Notes: generated from the sequence alone by a model not told the origin. Positions 50,179-62,001 are shown, counted from the first letter of the stretch. The stretch: DNA of 64,000 nucleotides from Prevotella sp. (GCA_031285625.1 JAITVV010000056.1:32001-96000), one strand, 5' to 3'. Made by a program: numbers and translations.

Positions 50179-51459
50179 ATGAAAAGAGATACAGCCATTT
50201 TTGATATTATTGAAAGAGAATATCAACGACAACTGAAAGGAATAGAATTAATTGCATCAGAGAACTTTGTAAGCCAACAGGTAATGGAAGCTATGGGTTC
50301 ATGCCTTACCAATAAATATGCAGAAGGCTATCCGGGCAAAAGATATTATGGGGGATGCGAGATTGTAGACCTTAGTGAGCAACTGGCTATTGATCGCCTG
50401 AAAGAGATATTTGGTGCAGAATGGGCAAATGTACAGCCTCACTCAGGAGCCCAAGCCAATGCTGCCGTATTTCTGGCATGTATGCAAGCCGGAGATAAAT
50501 TTCTGGGACTCAATCTATCGCATGGAGGTCACTTATCTCATGGTTCTCCTGTAAACTTTTCAGGATTGATGTTCCATGCACTTGAATACAACGTAAAACA
50601 AGATACTGAGCAAGTAGATTATGACCAAATGGAGCAAGTTGCCCGTGCTGAAAGACCAAAGGTAATCATCGCCGGTGCCTCAGCCTATTCCCGCGATTGG
50701 AATTATGCCCGTATCCGCAAGATTGCCGATGAGATAGGTGCAATATTTATGGTAGATATGGCACACCCTGCAGGATTAGTTGCCGCAGGATTATTAAACA
50801 ATCCTCTACCTCATGCCCATATAGTAACTACTACTACCCATAAAACATTACGCGGACCTCGCGGAGGAGCTATTCTCCTAAGTAAGGATTTTGAAAATCC
50901 TTGGGGCAAAAAGACACCAAAAGGTGAAATCCGTATGATGTCAGCTTTGCTTGACTCTGCTGTATTCCCCGGAATACAAGGTGGTCCCTTGGAACATGTG
51001 ATTGCAGCAAAAGCCGTTTCGTTTGCAGAAGCACTCGATCCGTCATATAAAGTATACCAAACACAAGTAAAGAAAAATGCAACTGTAATGGCTCAAGCTT
51101 TTATAGACAAAGGATACAAAGTTGTATCAGGAGGTACAGACAATCACTCTATGCTTATAGACCTGCGCCCAAAATTCCCAGAACTGACTGGAAAACTTGC
51201 AGAAAAAGTTCTTGTTGAAGCCGATATTACGACTAATAAAAATATGGTTCCATTCGATAGCCGCAGTCCATTCCTTACATCAGGACTCCGTTTTGGTACT
51301 CCCGCAATTACAACACGTGGCGCCAAAGAGCCATTAATGGGCGAAATCGTAGAAATGATAGACACTGTCCTTTCAAATCCTGAAAGCGAACAAACTATAA
51401 AAGCTGTTCGCGAAAAGGTAAACAGTATAATGAAAGAATACCCGTTATTTGCATGGTAA
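50179..51459 (+). CDS. glyA: Serine hydroxymethyltransferase
   Basis: [42 protein letters not shown]. Confidence 0.98.
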   Translation: MKRDTAIFDIIEREYQRQLKGIELIASENFVSQQVMEAMGSCLTNKYAEGYPGKRYYGGCEIVDLSEQLAIDRLKEIFGAEWANVQPHSGAQANAAVFLACMQAGDKFLGLNLSHGGHLSHGSPVNFSGLMFHALEYNVKQDTEQVDYDQMEQVARAERPKVIIAGASAYSRDWNYARIRKIADEIGAIFMVDMAHPAGLVAAGLLNNPLPHAHIVTTTTHKTLRGPRGGAILLSKDFENPWGKKTPKGEIRMMSALLDSAVFPGIQGGPLEHVIAAKAVSFAEALDPSYKVYQTQVKKNATVMAQAFIDKGYKVVSGGTDNHSMLIDLRPKFPELTGKLAEKVLVEADITTNKNMVPFDSRSPFLTSGLRFGTPAITTRGAKEPLMGEIVEMIDTVLSNPESEQTIKAVREKVNSIMKEYPLFAW

Positions 51460-51482
51460 GATTTTAATTAAATATCAGATTG

Positions 51483-51506
51483 AAAGGGTTGTTTCTACAA
51501 CCCTTT
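51483..51506 (+). terminator. glyA terminator hairpin
   Basis: AAAGGGTTGT-ttct-ACAACCCTTT. Confidence 0.7.
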
Positions 51507-51534
51507 GTTGTTTGTATCCTATCTATCCGACAGA

Positions 51535-53486
51535 ATGAAAAAAATAAAGAGTTATATCTATTATGTATTATCAGTGCATATTCTGGCACTACTATTGATG
51601 TCTTTGCAGCGTATCATATTGCTACTTACAAATCTGCAACACATTGAAAACGTAGCAACAAAAGCAAACTGGATATTTTCAGCCCTGTTGCGCGGAGTAT
51701 GGTTTGATAACGTAATCGCATGCTATATATCAATACTACCATTAGTTGTTCTCTCGATCATAGGATTATTCAACAAAAGCAATAAAGTAATATTTACTAT
51801 ATTCAATGTATTCTATATAATTGTATATACTCTCGTTTTTGCTATCGGAGCGGCTGATATCCCATATTTCAAATATTTCTTCAAACATTTGAATGTTTCC
51901 ATCTTTAATTGGAACGAAGAAGGGGGAACTACAATTGAAATGATATTGGAAGAAACATCTTACTATGCTTATATGGCATTATTCGTTGTGTTTATATTCC
52001 TATTCGGATATTTAATTTTCAAGTTGAGTAAAAGATTACTACAAAAAAGCCAAGAAAACTTAAAGAAAAAGGAGTACTTAGCTTATCTGCCTGTTTGCCT
52101 TATCCTTATTGCGCTTTGCATATTCGGGATAAGAGGACGCTTTGGCTATAATCCGATCAGAACCAGCCAGGCATATTTTTGTGACAATTCTTTTCTCAAC
52201 CAGCTTGGAATAAACCCTTCATTCTATTTTATGAGGGATGTCATTGAATCTTCAAAGTCTCACTATAATGTAAATGACATTATTGCAGAAAAGGATGCAA
52301 TATCAATAGCTAGAAAAGCATTCGGACTGAATCCCGAGAATAAAGAGAAATCACCTCTTCAAAGGTATGTTGAAGCACAAGGAGAGACAAAAGACATGAA
52401 CGTAGTGGTTATCTCATGGAGTCAATGTCCTCAGACTTATTAAAAATAAAAGAGAATGGAAAAGAAATAACTCCATTTTTGAATCAACTCATCAATAAGT
52501 CATACTACTTTGATCATTTCTACTCAGCAGGAACCCATACCAATCATGGTATTCTAGCGTCTTTATACGGACTCCCGGCCTTGTTCGATAAAAACATGAT
52601 GAAGAATGTGAATATACCTCTATGTCAGGGATTACCTAATACATTGCAAGATCAGGGGTATAAGACCATGTTCTTTATGACTCATGAAGCCCAATATGAC
52701 AATATGAACGCATTCCTAATCGAAAATGGAATTGAAGAGATATATTCACAGGAAGACTATCCTAAAGAGATGCGAAGGAATAGTTTTGGTGTAGCTGATG
52801 ATTTCTTATTAAATTATGCTTTGGATAAATTCAATGAATCCACACAGACAACCCCATTTTTTGCCACTTTATTAACAGTAAGTAATCACCCCCCATATAT
52901 CGTTCCCGAAAAGTTCAAAGATAGAAGCAGTGATCCTCAATATCAAATTGTAGCTTTCGCTGATGATGCTATACGCCAATTCTTTGCCGAAGCTGAAAAA
53001 CAAACATGGTATAAAAACACAATATTCGTCCTATTGGGAGATCATGGGAAAATTGTAGGAACTCAGACATACGAAATGCCTCTCTCGTTAAATCATATCC
53101 CATTTATAATATATTCTCCTGCATTTGAAGATGCTCCTAAGACTTTTACAGAGTTAGGAGGGCAGGTTGATGTATTCCCTACTGTTATGGGATTATTGAA
53201 CCGGCCTTATGAAAACAATACGTTTGGAGAGGATCTCTTTAAAACAAAACGCCCCTATATATTTTTCTCTTCGGATAATGCCCTAGGCTGCATAGGCCCT
53301 CATTTTTTCTATTCATATAACTTTAAAGCTAAGATGGAAGGATTATATCAGTACAATAACAATAATCCTGAGAATTTCATTGCTCAGCACAGGCAAGAAG
53401 CAGACAGTATGCGCATATATTCTGCAGCCATGTTTCAAACAGCAAGTTATATGTTTCAGAATAATCTGAATAGAACAAATAATTAG
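51535..53486 (+). pseudogene. LTA-synthase/sulfatase family protein split by a 1-nt deletion at ~52414
   Basis: ORF1 (TM domain, GIRGR) ends MNVVVI; ORF2 starts MESMS; joined they give the expected NVVVILMES motif; GTHT, TVSNHPP, GDHG in ORF2. Confidence 0.8.
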
Positions 53487-53717
53487 CTAAATTATTCAAA
53501 TCATAACCTCACATAACAAAACTTTTGGTCTATTTTTGTTGTTATAATAAGAATACATTTCGCAGGCATTTTTGTTAAAATATTATAAACTAATATCTTA
53601 AGGTGTAAATCAGACAAAATAATCAGAAATAATAATGTTGAAATGAAAATTATTTGTAATTTGGTGCTGAATTACATGGAACAGTTCACCCAGAACATTT
53701 TTACAGAGTGCTCTTTT

Positions 53718-54566
53718 ATGAAAAATTATTATAAAGGTATATTTATACTTTTGTCTTTCTTTTTATTAGCCTGTACATCAGAGAATAATGAAGCTCAACA
53801 ACAATTAGCTACAGCCAGGCTTGCATACAATAAGAAGGATTACACTTTAGCGAAACAACAACTTGACAGTTTAAAAATAAAATATCCCAAAGCATTTACT
53901 CAAATAAGAGAGGGACTTGCTTTATTAGACTCGGTCAGAAGAGGAGAAAACGAACAGATAATCACATCTTGCGATTCATTAATAATCCATTTTCAACCAC
54001 AGGTAGATCTGAAAAAAAAGCAATTTAGTTTTATACAAAACAAACAGTATCAAGAAACAGGAAGTTATATACCTAAAGAAAGTGTTACAAATTCTATTGA
54101 GGGAACAACGTTGAGATCCGGTGTTGAAGAAAACGGACAATTATATCTGGAAAGTGTATTTATTGGCGGTCAAAAACATAATAAACTAAAGATATCGACA
54201 AAAGACGGATCATTTGCTGAATCGATTCCGGTAAATGATGACGGATTAAACTACCGCTTTACGAATATGAACAAAACTTATGAAATAATACGTTTTGGAG
54301 GAGCCAAAGAGAATGGGTTGGCAAAATTTATATTCACAAATATAAACAAACCCTTAACTGCCTCTATAGAGGGACAGGGGAGATATACATATACCTTATC
54401 ACAGCCGGTAAAATCGGCTATAGCCAAATCTTATGAGTTATCAGTAATGATGTTACAGCTAGACAGTCTTAAAATGGCAAAAGAAAAAGCTGAATATCAT
54501 ATATATTATCTTGATAACAAGAAGAATGAAGTTACAACAGACACTACAAAACAAGAAAAACTTTAA
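53718..54566 (+). CDS. Hypothetical lipoprotein
   Basis: Lipobox LLAC after MKNYYK start; AKQQLDSL..KYPK. Confidence 0.75.
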   Translation: MKNYYKGIFILLSFFLLACTSENNEAQQQLATARLAYNKKDYTLAKQQLDSLKIKYPKAFTQIREGLALLDSVRRGENEQIITSCDSLIIHFQPQVDLKKKQFSFIQNKQYQETGSYIPKESVTNSIEGTTLRSGVEENGQLYLESVFIGGQKHNKLKISTKDGSFAESIPVNDDGLNYRFTNMNKTYEIIRFGGAKENGLAKFIFTNINKPLTASIEGQGRYTYTLSQPVKSAIAKSYELSVMMLQLDSLKMAKEKAEYHIYYLDNKKNEVTTDTTKQEKL

Positions 54567-54571
54567 AGTTC

Positions 54572-55312
54572 ATGGGAAAAGAAAAACTATCAACAGAAAC
54601 TCTTGAGCAGAACAAAGATATATTCATCCCAAATGTATCTGTTGATTGCACTATATTCGGATTTCACTCAGGATGTCTTAAAATACTATTATGTAAATTC
54701 AAAGTGAGTGATAAATGGATGATTCCGGGAGGTTTTATCTCAATGGATGAACTCCCTGACGAAGCTGCATCCCGTGTACTTATTGCAAGAACCGGATTGA
54801 ATGATATATATTTAAAGCAATTCTACTTCTTAGGTAAAAAACCGAATAATGAAGATATTATTGATAAAACGTCTTCACTCAATAGTTCTATCAGTCTTGC
54901 ATATTATGCTTTGATAAAATTTGAAGAGGCAAAAATCCAAGCAAACGAATACGAGAATATCGGATGGTTTGATATTAATGAAATACCGGATCTGTATCCT
55001 GCTCACAGAGAAATTGTAAATGTTGCAATTGAAACGATTCGCAAACAAATTGGTTTCGTCCCGATAGGATATGAATTGCTACCTGAGAAATTCACAATGC
55101 CTGAGTTGCGAAGTATTTACGAATCAATTTTAGGACGTGAACTAGACCGAAGAAACTTTCAACGCAAAATGCTATCAATAGGCTATATCAAGACTCTAAA
55201 TGAAACGCGGAAAGCAGGCGCTCACAAATCTCCCAATTTGTACACATTCGATAAAGAAAGATACAAAGAGGCTGAACAGCTGGGTATCCAGATAATGAGT
55301 AATAATCTGTAA
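54572..55312 (+). CDS. NrtR/AraR-type Nudix-wHTH transcriptional regulator
   Basis: SVDCTIFGF, W.IPGGF, LLPEKFTMPEL..IYE.IL, DRRNFQRK. Confidence 0.9.
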   Translation: MGKEKLSTETLEQNKDIFIPNVSVDCTIFGFHSGCLKILLCKFKVSDKWMIPGGFISMDELPDEAASRVLIARTGLNDIYLKQFYFLGKKPNNEDIIDKTSSLNSSISLAYYALIKFEEAKIQANEYENIGWFDINEIPDLYPAHREIVNVAIETIRKQIGFVPIGYELLPEKFTMPELRSIYESILGRELDRRNFQRKMLSIGYIKTLNETRKAGAHKSPNLYTFDKERYKEAEQLGIQIMSNNL

Positions 55313-55319
55313 CATACAA

Positions 55320-55365
55320 AAATAAAAAGAAAAGCTCCTGATTTCAGGAGCTTTTCTTTTTATTT
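55320..55365. terminator. Bidirectional intrinsic terminator
   Basis: AAATAAAAAGAAAAGCTCCTG-attt-CAGGAGCTTTTCTTTTTATTT between convergent genes. Confidence 0.88.
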
Positions 55366-55386
55366 AGACGACAGGGAAGTTTTCAA

Positions 55387-56061
55387 TTATCTTCCTTGTT
55401 GAGCATCTTGAATCATCTTTTCATTTGGTAGAATATAAATTTCTACACGACGATTCTGAGTTCTTCCCGAAGCTGTACTATTATCAGCAACCGGCTGAGT
55501 AGAACCAAATCCCTGAGATACCATACGGCTACCTGAAACTCCTTTAGTTTGAAGGAAGTTGTAAACAGATTGAGCACGTTTTTCAGACAATGGATTATTA
55601 ATAGCATCGTTACCTGTATTATCAGTATGTCCATATATCTGAATATCTGTATCAGGATTGCTGTTCAAAGAAGCTGCAAAGTTAGAAAGAGCACTTTGAG
55701 AAGCAGTACTTAATGTACTTGAATTTGTTGCAAACAATATTCCTGATTCGAAAGTAACTTTTATAGCTTGTCCATCATTAATTGATTCAACCTGAGCCCC
55801 ATTAATCTGCTCAAGTTCTTTCTTTTGCTTGTCCATTTTATTTCCGATGATAGCACCGGCAGAACCACCTACAACAGCACCAATACCTGCACCCCATGCA
55901 GCACCCTTACCTCCACCGATAATGGCTCCGATACCTGCACCTAAAGCACCTCCTGCACCAGCACCAATACCACCACCTTTTACAGTGTCGCTGGCACCAC
56001 AACTAGAAAATAATAAAGTACAGCTCAAAACAATAGCTGTCAAAAATGAAAAATGTTTCAT
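55387..56061 (-). CDS. OmpA-family lipoprotein with glycine zipper
   Basis: Lipobox FSSC, GxxxG zipper, GHTDNTG, LSEKRAQSV, NRRVEI. Confidence 0.93.
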   Translation of the reverse strand: MKHFSFLTAIVLSCTLLFSSCGASDTVKGGGIGAGAGGALGAGIGAIIGGGKGAAWGAGIGAVVGGSAGAIIGNKMDKQKKELEQINGAQVESINDGQAIKVTFESGILFATNSSTLSTASQSALSNFAASLNSNPDTDIQIYGHTDNTGNDAINNPLSEKRAQSVYNFLQTKGVSGSRMVSQGFGSTQPVADNSTASGRTQNRRVEIYILPNEKMIQDAQQGR

Positions 56062-56101
56062 AATTAAAAATTTTAATTTAAATTATTAGTTTGTGATATT
56101 T

Positions 56102-56431
56102 TTATTCAAATATTCCTATTGATTCACAATAAGCAAGCTCACCCTGAATAATAAATGAAATATCTTCAGCTGAGAAGTTATTGATTTTATCTTTTTTTGT
56201 ATTGTTCAGAACATAGGACACAATTTCATCTTCGTCAATATCGACTAAGACCTCTCCTTCTGAATCATCATCCATAAACCCTTTTTCCTCATAAAATTCG
56301 TATACAATATCAATGATGTAATTGATTTCATCATTCGAATATTTTCCTTTTACGTCTTGTGGCAAGTAGTTTTGAATATACTTTACAGCATCATCCTCAT
56401 CATACTGTATAAGATCTTTTTCATTACTCAT
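56102..56431 (-). CDS. Acidic hypothetical protein
   Basis: YDEDDAVKYI..YLP, GELAYC. Confidence 0.75.
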   Translation of the reverse strand: MSNEKDLIQYDEDDAVKYIQNYLPQDVKGKYSNDEINYIIDIVYEFYEEKGFMDDDSEGEVLVDIDEDEIVSYVLNNTKKDKINNFSAEDISFIIQGELAYCESIGIFE

Positions 56432-56616
56432 AGTGTCTGTATTTAGAATATTGTATAGTTTTATAACAATGAAATAACTCCGATGTTCAAAATTATTAAA
56501 TGTTTTTGCAGTTCATATCTCTTATTCTATCAGTTTGGTTGTTAAGTAAGACTGCTTAAACAAAAAAAGGTTTAATAATTAAGAAAAGATTCCTAATCTT
56601 AACTTAAATACTAAGT

Positions 56617-57279
56617 TTATTTTTTCTTTAGTATTAAAAATGCTAAAACAATAAGAGGCAAAATCATAATTCCTATATATAGTGCATTACTTTTCAGCAA
56701 ATCGAATGGAGTATATATAAGAGCGACAACAATACCCACAACAGCTCCTCCCATATGCGCATCATGACCGATATTGCCCACACTTTTCAACATTCCATAG
56801 ATAGAAAAGGCCAGGTACCCCACCCCAAATATCCATCCGGGAATATCTATCGGAATAAAAAAGAAGCGAAGAGGCATCTCCGGAAAAACCGCAATGGCTG
56901 CAAATAATATACCTACAACACCCCCCGATGCACCAATCGCGCTATAATAGTATTCTTTACGATGGATAAACAGGGATAAAAGTCCTCCTCCAGCTATTGA
57001 GAAAAAGTATATTACCAGATAAATCCATATGCCAAAAGCATATATAATTACATCCGAAAAGAAATACAATGTCATCATATTAAACAACAAGTGCATGTAG
57101 TCTCCATGAAGTGTAGCAGAAGTCAGCAACCTGTCCCACTGTTTAGACTTTCCCAAAATAGCTCCCACATTAAATTTATACCTATCAAAGAAAGCCATAT
57201 CATTGAACCCTTTGATACTGGTTATAACCGTAAGAACTATAATAATAAGAGGAATAATACTATCTAAATCAAAATTCAT
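56617..57279 (-). CDS. Rhomboid intramembrane serine protease
   Basis: HLLFNM, GASG, HDAHMGG. Confidence 0.92.
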   Translation of the reverse strand: MNFDLDSIIPLIIIVLTVITSIKGFNDMAFFDRYKFNVGAILGKSKQWDRLLTSATLHGDYMHLLFNMMTLYFFSDVIIYAFGIWIYLVIYFFSIAGGGLLSLFIHRKEYYYSAIGASGGVVGILFAAIAVFPEMPLRFFFIPIDIPGWIFGVGYLAFSIYGMLKSVGNIGHDAHMGGAVVGIVVALIYTPFDLLKSNALYIGIMILPLIVLAFLILKKK

Positions 57280-57447
57280 AAATTACTATTTTAAATTAGG
57301 ACAAGCAAAGGTATAAAAAAGAGAATATGTGAAGATGATTTTCAAATTATATTTCTCTATCTGCGTCCTTTACATTTCGTATAATTGTGATAATATGAAT
57401 ATTTTCATGTAAATTTGGGTCGGTTAATCATTTAGAATAGCAGACAC

Positions 57448-58869
57448 ATGAAATCTATATTTATCCATTTATTACTCACTATTTGTTGTTTACCCACTGT
57501 CTTTTCACAGACATTGCCGGAGGCAAAAGAACTTTATCTGCAAGGTAAATATAAAGAAGCTCTCCCTACATTTGAAGCAGAGTATAATGCTAAACCAGAT
57601 GATGCTAACCTGAACCAATGGTATGGTGCATGCTTATTCGAAACAGGAGGAAACCTTCAGAAAGCAGAAGAATGCTTACTTGTAGCCTCTAAAAAACGAA
57701 TACAAGACTCATTCCTCTATCTGGGTCGGCTATACACAAATGAATATAGATTTACAGAAGCAACCGAGGCATTTAGCAAGTATGAAGCTATGCTGAAAAA
57801 AAAGGACGATGCAGCCAGAGAAAAACTTGAAGAAAAACGTCAGGTAATGTCACGCCTTCGTCGTATGGTATCCAATACCGAAGATATTCAGATCATCGAT
57901 AGTCTGATCATCGATAAATCAAAATTTCTTTCGGCATACAAGCTAAGCCTTAGTTCCGGTCGCCTTGATTATTTCGATAAAATCTTTATTTCCGATAAAA
58001 ATATTGATGCTACTGTATATACCAATGAAAAAGAAACTAAGATGTACTATGCCAGACCTGACAATGATATTCTTAGCTTATATTCTAAAGAGAAACTACT
58101 GGACGAATTTGGCAACGAAAAGAAACTGTCAACGACAAACTTTGGGTTATCAGGGAACGTAAATTATCCATATATGATGGCTGACGGGGTAACGATTTAC
58201 TTTGCCGCAGAAGATGAAAATTCTCTTGGTGGATACGATCTTTTTGTGTCGCGGTACAATATGAATAATGATACATACCTTAGTCCCGAACGTCTAAACA
58301 TGCCATTCAATTCGTTATATAACGACTATATGATGGCTGTAGATGAAGAAAAAGGGATCGGGTGGTTTGCTACTGACAGATACTTGCCCGAAGGGATGGT
58401 TTGTATATATACTTTTATCCCAAATAAAGTGGTAAAAATAGTAGAAAGCGAGGACGAAAATTACCTGGCTAACAGAGCACACATATCATCTATCAAAGAT
58501 TCGTGGAGTGCGGATAAGAACTATTCCAACCTTGTTACTCTGGCACGTAAAGAAGCTGTAAAAAAGGTGGAGGTAGTGCATGACTTTGAATTTGTTATCA
58601 ACGATAGTAAAACCTATTACACAATGGCAGATTTCAAAAATCCTGCTGCAAGAAATATTTTCAGTAAGCTTCTTCAATTAAAAACAGAGCAAAAGGATCT
58701 CTCAGATAAACTGGAGAAAAAACGCGTAGAGTATAGTACAAACTCCGAAGATGGAAAACGCAGAATAGCTTCAGATATTTTCAGTATGGAAGAAAGACTG
58801 GAGCAACTTCAATCTGAAATTCCGATGATGGAAATGCAAGTAAGGAGTCAGGAATTAGGAAATTCCTAA
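57448..58869 (+). CDS. Secreted TPR plus PD40/WD40-like propeller protein
   Basis: Signal peptide, TPRs, NYPYMMADGVTIYFA, GGYDLFVSR, MPFNS..ND, WFATDR. Confidence 0.8.
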   Translation: MKSIFIHLLLTICCLPTVFSQTLPEAKELYLQGKYKEALPTFEAEYNAKPDDANLNQWYGACLFETGGNLQKAEECLLVASKKRIQDSFLYLGRLYTNEYRFTEATEAFSKYEAMLKKKDDAAREKLEEKRQVMSRLRRMVSNTEDIQIIDSLIIDKSKFLSAYKLSLSSGRLDYFDKIFISDKNIDATVYTNEKETKMYYARPDNDILSLYSKEKLLDEFGNEKKLSTTNFGLSGNVNYPYMMADGVTIYFAAEDENSLGGYDLFVSRYNMNNDTYLSPERLNMPFNSLYNDYMMAVDEEKGIGWFATDRYLPEGMVCIYTFIPNKVVKIVESEDENYLANRAHISSIKDSWSADKNYSNLVTLARKEAVKKVEVVHDFEFVINDSKTYYTMADFKNPAARNIFSKLLQLKTEQKDLSDKLEKKRVEYSTNSEDGKRRIASDIFSMEERLEQLQSEIPMMEMQVRSQELGNS

Positions 58870-58874
58870 TATTC

Positions 58875-60284
58875 CTATTTTTTTAGTATTCCTCTCTTAG
58901 ATATAAGTAATGATATACCAACACCAATAACTGCAAAACCCAGCAACAGGAATGGCATATACCAGATAATAAAATCGATCTGAGGATGCCAGAATGAATG
59001 CTCTTTAAATATAACATACCAGGATAGAGGACATATAGCAGATATTATTGTACTAGCCAAAAGCGCAATATATTTCCGATCATCTAATCTTCGGCCTATG
59101 AAGAAAACAAGCACGCTAAAGAAAAGAATTATACCAATAAGCACGGCAAACCAAAACTCAAAGCCCAAACTTACAAAGCCCCATTCAAATGCATTTCCCC
59201 TCAGGTAATCTTTAATTACATTATTCCATAGAAAAGACAAAGAGTCTGAGTCAGCAAAACGTTCACTATCTAAATCGGCACCAGACAGGCCGCTTTTGAA
59301 GGAAGACCTTCTCAAAAAGGCATTCGAAATATATTGGAATGCAGAATCATAGTTACCCAGTAAATATCTAAGCTGAATAATAAGAGTACCGAATTGAATA
59401 ATAATAGCAATCCCTGCCACCAAACCGGCATTAAAGCATAACTTTATAAAATTCAGAACTTTCCATTTCTCTAAGATGGCATAATAGATAATAGGGATAA
59501 ATATAGTCAACATCGCCGTTGATATAAATTCAAGTCCCGAGAAGAAAAGTTTGATCAATACTGAAATAAATAACCACACTAAGATTTTTTTTCCGGATAC
59601 TTTATCAGGCAAGCAATGTCTTTTTTCGAGAAGCAATAACATCGTCAAAAATGGAGCAAAGAAATTCCACAATGCCCACCAAAGCCCGTTACCTCCAAAA
59701 AGCACCAGCCAGGAAGAAAAGAAGGTAAAAAGGAATGTTATTAATGCTGCGATAAAACCTAAGTTTCGATACACCCATCCTATAAATAACATGAAGCATA
59801 AGGAAAGTAGTATACAATTTATAAATCTAAGTATTTGGTAATTTGTACTATTATCGAATGGAAGTACTTTTTGTATAGCATACCAGAATAAGGCATTTCC
59901 CCCTGAGTGACTTACATATACACAATAATCATCAGGAGTTTTTTGTTCCTGTGTATAATATTTAATTTGTTCAAACTTAAACTGGGTAATAATATGATCA
60001 CGCACAAGTAAGTCACTTATCTGATCTCCTTGCAATACACTGTCAACAACTTGCGACCTATCATAATTTACTCCGGTAAAACCAGAGGCGGCAAAGATTC
60101 CATCTTTCTGAGCTTTTGCCATTTTACCGACAACTAAAGCCTCTACAAAGGTTTCATATTCCTGATATCTGTTTTCAGGAATAATTTTAAATATGTTGAA
60201 ATAAAAGCTGAGAAGCAAAAAGGTGAAACAAATTATATAAAATATAGACTGTTTCTTTTTTAACCAGTTAAGAGTAGTGTTCAT
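58875..60284 (-). CDS. Multi-pass membrane protein (possible GT-C-like glycan-modifying enzyme)
   Basis: About 11 TM helices, periplasmic loop with YETFVE, C-terminal KEHSFWHP; start chosen at MNTTLNW to avoid overlap. Confidence 0.6.
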   Translation of the reverse strand: MNTTLNWLKKKQSIFYIICFTFLLLSFYFNIFKIIPENRYQEYETFVEALVVGKMAKAQKDGIFAASGFTGVNYDRSQVVDSVLQGDQISDLLVRDHIITQFKFEQIKYYTQEQKTPDDYCVYVSHSGGNALFWYAIQKVLPFDNSTNYQILRFINCILLSLCFMLFIGWVYRNLGFIAALITFLFTFFSSWLVLFGGNGLWWALWNFFAPFLTMLLLLEKRHCLPDKVSGKKILVWLFISVLIKLFFSGLEFISTAMLTIFIPIIYYAILEKWKVLNFIKLCFNAGLVAGIAIIIQFGTLIIQLRYLLGNYDSAFQYISNAFLRRSSFKSGLSGADLDSERFADSDSLSFLWNNVIKDYLRGNAFEWGFVSLGFEFWFAVLIGIILFFSVLVFFIGRRLDDRKYIALLASTIISAICPLSWYVIFKEHSFWHPQIDFIIWYMPFLLLGFAVIGVGISLLISKRGILKK

Positions 60285-60288
60285 AAAA

Positions 60289-61149
60289 TTAGAATAAGTC
60301 TTTGAAGAAATATTTAAACTTCCACCATGCACCATATAGTTTTCGTAGTTGGAAGCGTCGATTGTAATGTCTCATGCTTTTATAATAAACATCACGGCGG
60401 GCCTGTATAGGATATTTATCTATTATCGACCAATCCATCACTCCACCAAGGGGTATAAGCTCGTTAGTCGATACAGCCTCTATTTTGTATTCTTTTGCCA
60501 GCATCGAATAAATGCTTTGATCGTGCCTGTTTTCGGTGAAGCCTTCCAAGTTGGGACTTTTTGAAGGCTCATCTGTTATCAGGCTAAAGTTATCGTTAAT
60601 AACATTTACCCATTTATCAACAAAAGCCATTGATATTGGACTCTTTTTAAGGAATATAACTGTTGCTTCATATTGGGTGGTTTGCGTAACATCTTTATTG
60701 TCTCTAACGCCAAAATAATCGAATATATCTCCTTTTGTCCACTCATATTCAAATCGTAATCCTTCCGGCATACCATTGTAGTTTTTCTCAAAGCTCCTGA
60801 AACCGAGCATTCCCGAAGGACTTTTTTCTACGATATCATAATATTCAGCCAGACGTTCTTTTCCGTCCGGATTCAGATAACATCCTACATCAGTATATAG
60901 TAGTATGTCCCCATCCTCCATGCTATCAAGTGTTTTTTTAATCAAAGGTGGTTTCCAACACCAATAACCATATCCTTTTGAATACGGATACATATATCGT
61001 CCCCATTTTTTACGGAATTCCTTACTCAGATCTTTCTCCGTATATGTATATATTCTATCAAATACACCCATCGCCTCTGCATTTTTTACATACTGAGGAA
61101 ATCCGGGAGATAATAGTGTATTACCAAATGTGCATAATACTTTCTTCAT
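60289..61149 (-). CDS. Glycosyltransferase-like protein, paralog 2
   Basis: GYGYWCWKP, LLYTDVGC, ENRHDQS. Confidence 0.7.
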   Translation of the reverse strand: MKKVLCTFGNTLLSPGFPQYVKNAEAMGVFDRIYTYTEKDLSKEFRKKWGRYMYPYSKGYGYWCWKPPLIKKTLDSMEDGDILLYTDVGCYLNPDGKERLAEYYDIVEKSPSGMLGFRSFEKNYNGMPEGLRFEYEWTKGDIFDYFGVRDNKDVTQTTQYEATVIFLKKSPISMAFVDKWVNVINDNFSLITDEPSKSPNLEGFTENRHDQSIYSMLAKEYKIEAVSTNELIPLGGVMDWSIIDKYPIQARRDVYYKSMRHYNRRFQLRKLYGAWWKFKYFFKDLF

Positions 61150-61152
61150 ATA

Positions 61153-62001
61153 TTAGAACCTATCTTTAAACCAATATTTGATCTTCCATATCCTACGATA
61201 AAGTTTCCGCAGTCTGAAACGGTGCTTATAATGATATTTACTTGTATAATATTTATCCCTGCGAGCCTGTATCGGATAATTGTCAAGCAAAGCCCAATCA
61301 CGTTGAAATATCTCATTTGTAGAAATCTCTGCAATACCGTATTTCTTTCCTAATATTGAGTATATACTTTGGTCATGTCGGTTTTCTTTAAACCCAGGTA
61401 AATTAGGCACTCGGGATGGTGAATCAGTAGCAAGACTATAATCATCCAGATAAGCCTGATACCAGTCTTTTACAAACTGCATAACAGTCTCGCTTTTCTT
61501 AAAGAAAATGATAGTTGATTCGAACTGTGGAGTGTGAGTATAGGCTTTGTTATCATAAACGCCATAATACACAAAGACATCACCTTTTGTCCACTCATAT
61601 TCATAATAAAGCGTTTCCGGCATACCATTATAACTGACCTCCTGGCTTTTCACACCTAAGATTCCAGTAGGAGTTTTTTCTACCATATCATAATATTCCA
61701 ATAAGCGTTCTTTCCCTTTAGGGTTCAAATAACATCCTATATCAGAATACAATAAAACATCACCATCGTTCATTCTTTCTAATATTTTGAGAATGAAATA
61801 TGGTTTCCAACACCAGTAACCAAAACCTCTGGAATAAGGAATAAGATATCGTCCCCATCTTTTATAGAAATCAGCATCAAGATCTTTTTCGCAGACTGTA
61901 TGTATATCGTCGAAAATATTCATACTCTCAGCCATGCTTCTAAAGCGGGGAAAGCCTTCTGTTAAGTAATAACTACCAAAAGTACAGATTGCTCTTTTCA
62001 T
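61153..62001 (-). CDS. Glycosyltransferase-like protein, paralog 1
   Basis: GFGYWCWKP, LLYSDIGC, ENRHDQS; high identity to neighbour. Confidence 0.7.
   Translation of the reverse strand: MKRAICTFGSYYLTEGFPRFRSMAESMNIFDDIHTVCEKDLDADFYKRWGRYLIPYSRGFGYWCWKPYFILKILERMNDGDVLLYSDIGCYLNPKGKERLLEYYDMVEKTPTGILGVKSQEVSYNGMPETLYYEYEWTKGDVFVYYGVYDNKAYTHTPQFESTIIFFKKSETVMQFVKDWYQAYLDDYSLATDSPSRVPNLPGFKENRHDQSIYSILGKKYGIAEISTNEIFQRDWALLDNYPIQARRDKYYTSKYHYKHRFRLRKLYRRIWKIKYWFKDRF

Noticed and set aside
55829-56089. Pro/Ala-rich + strand ORF
   Set aside because: Antisense shadow of the OmpA glycine zipper
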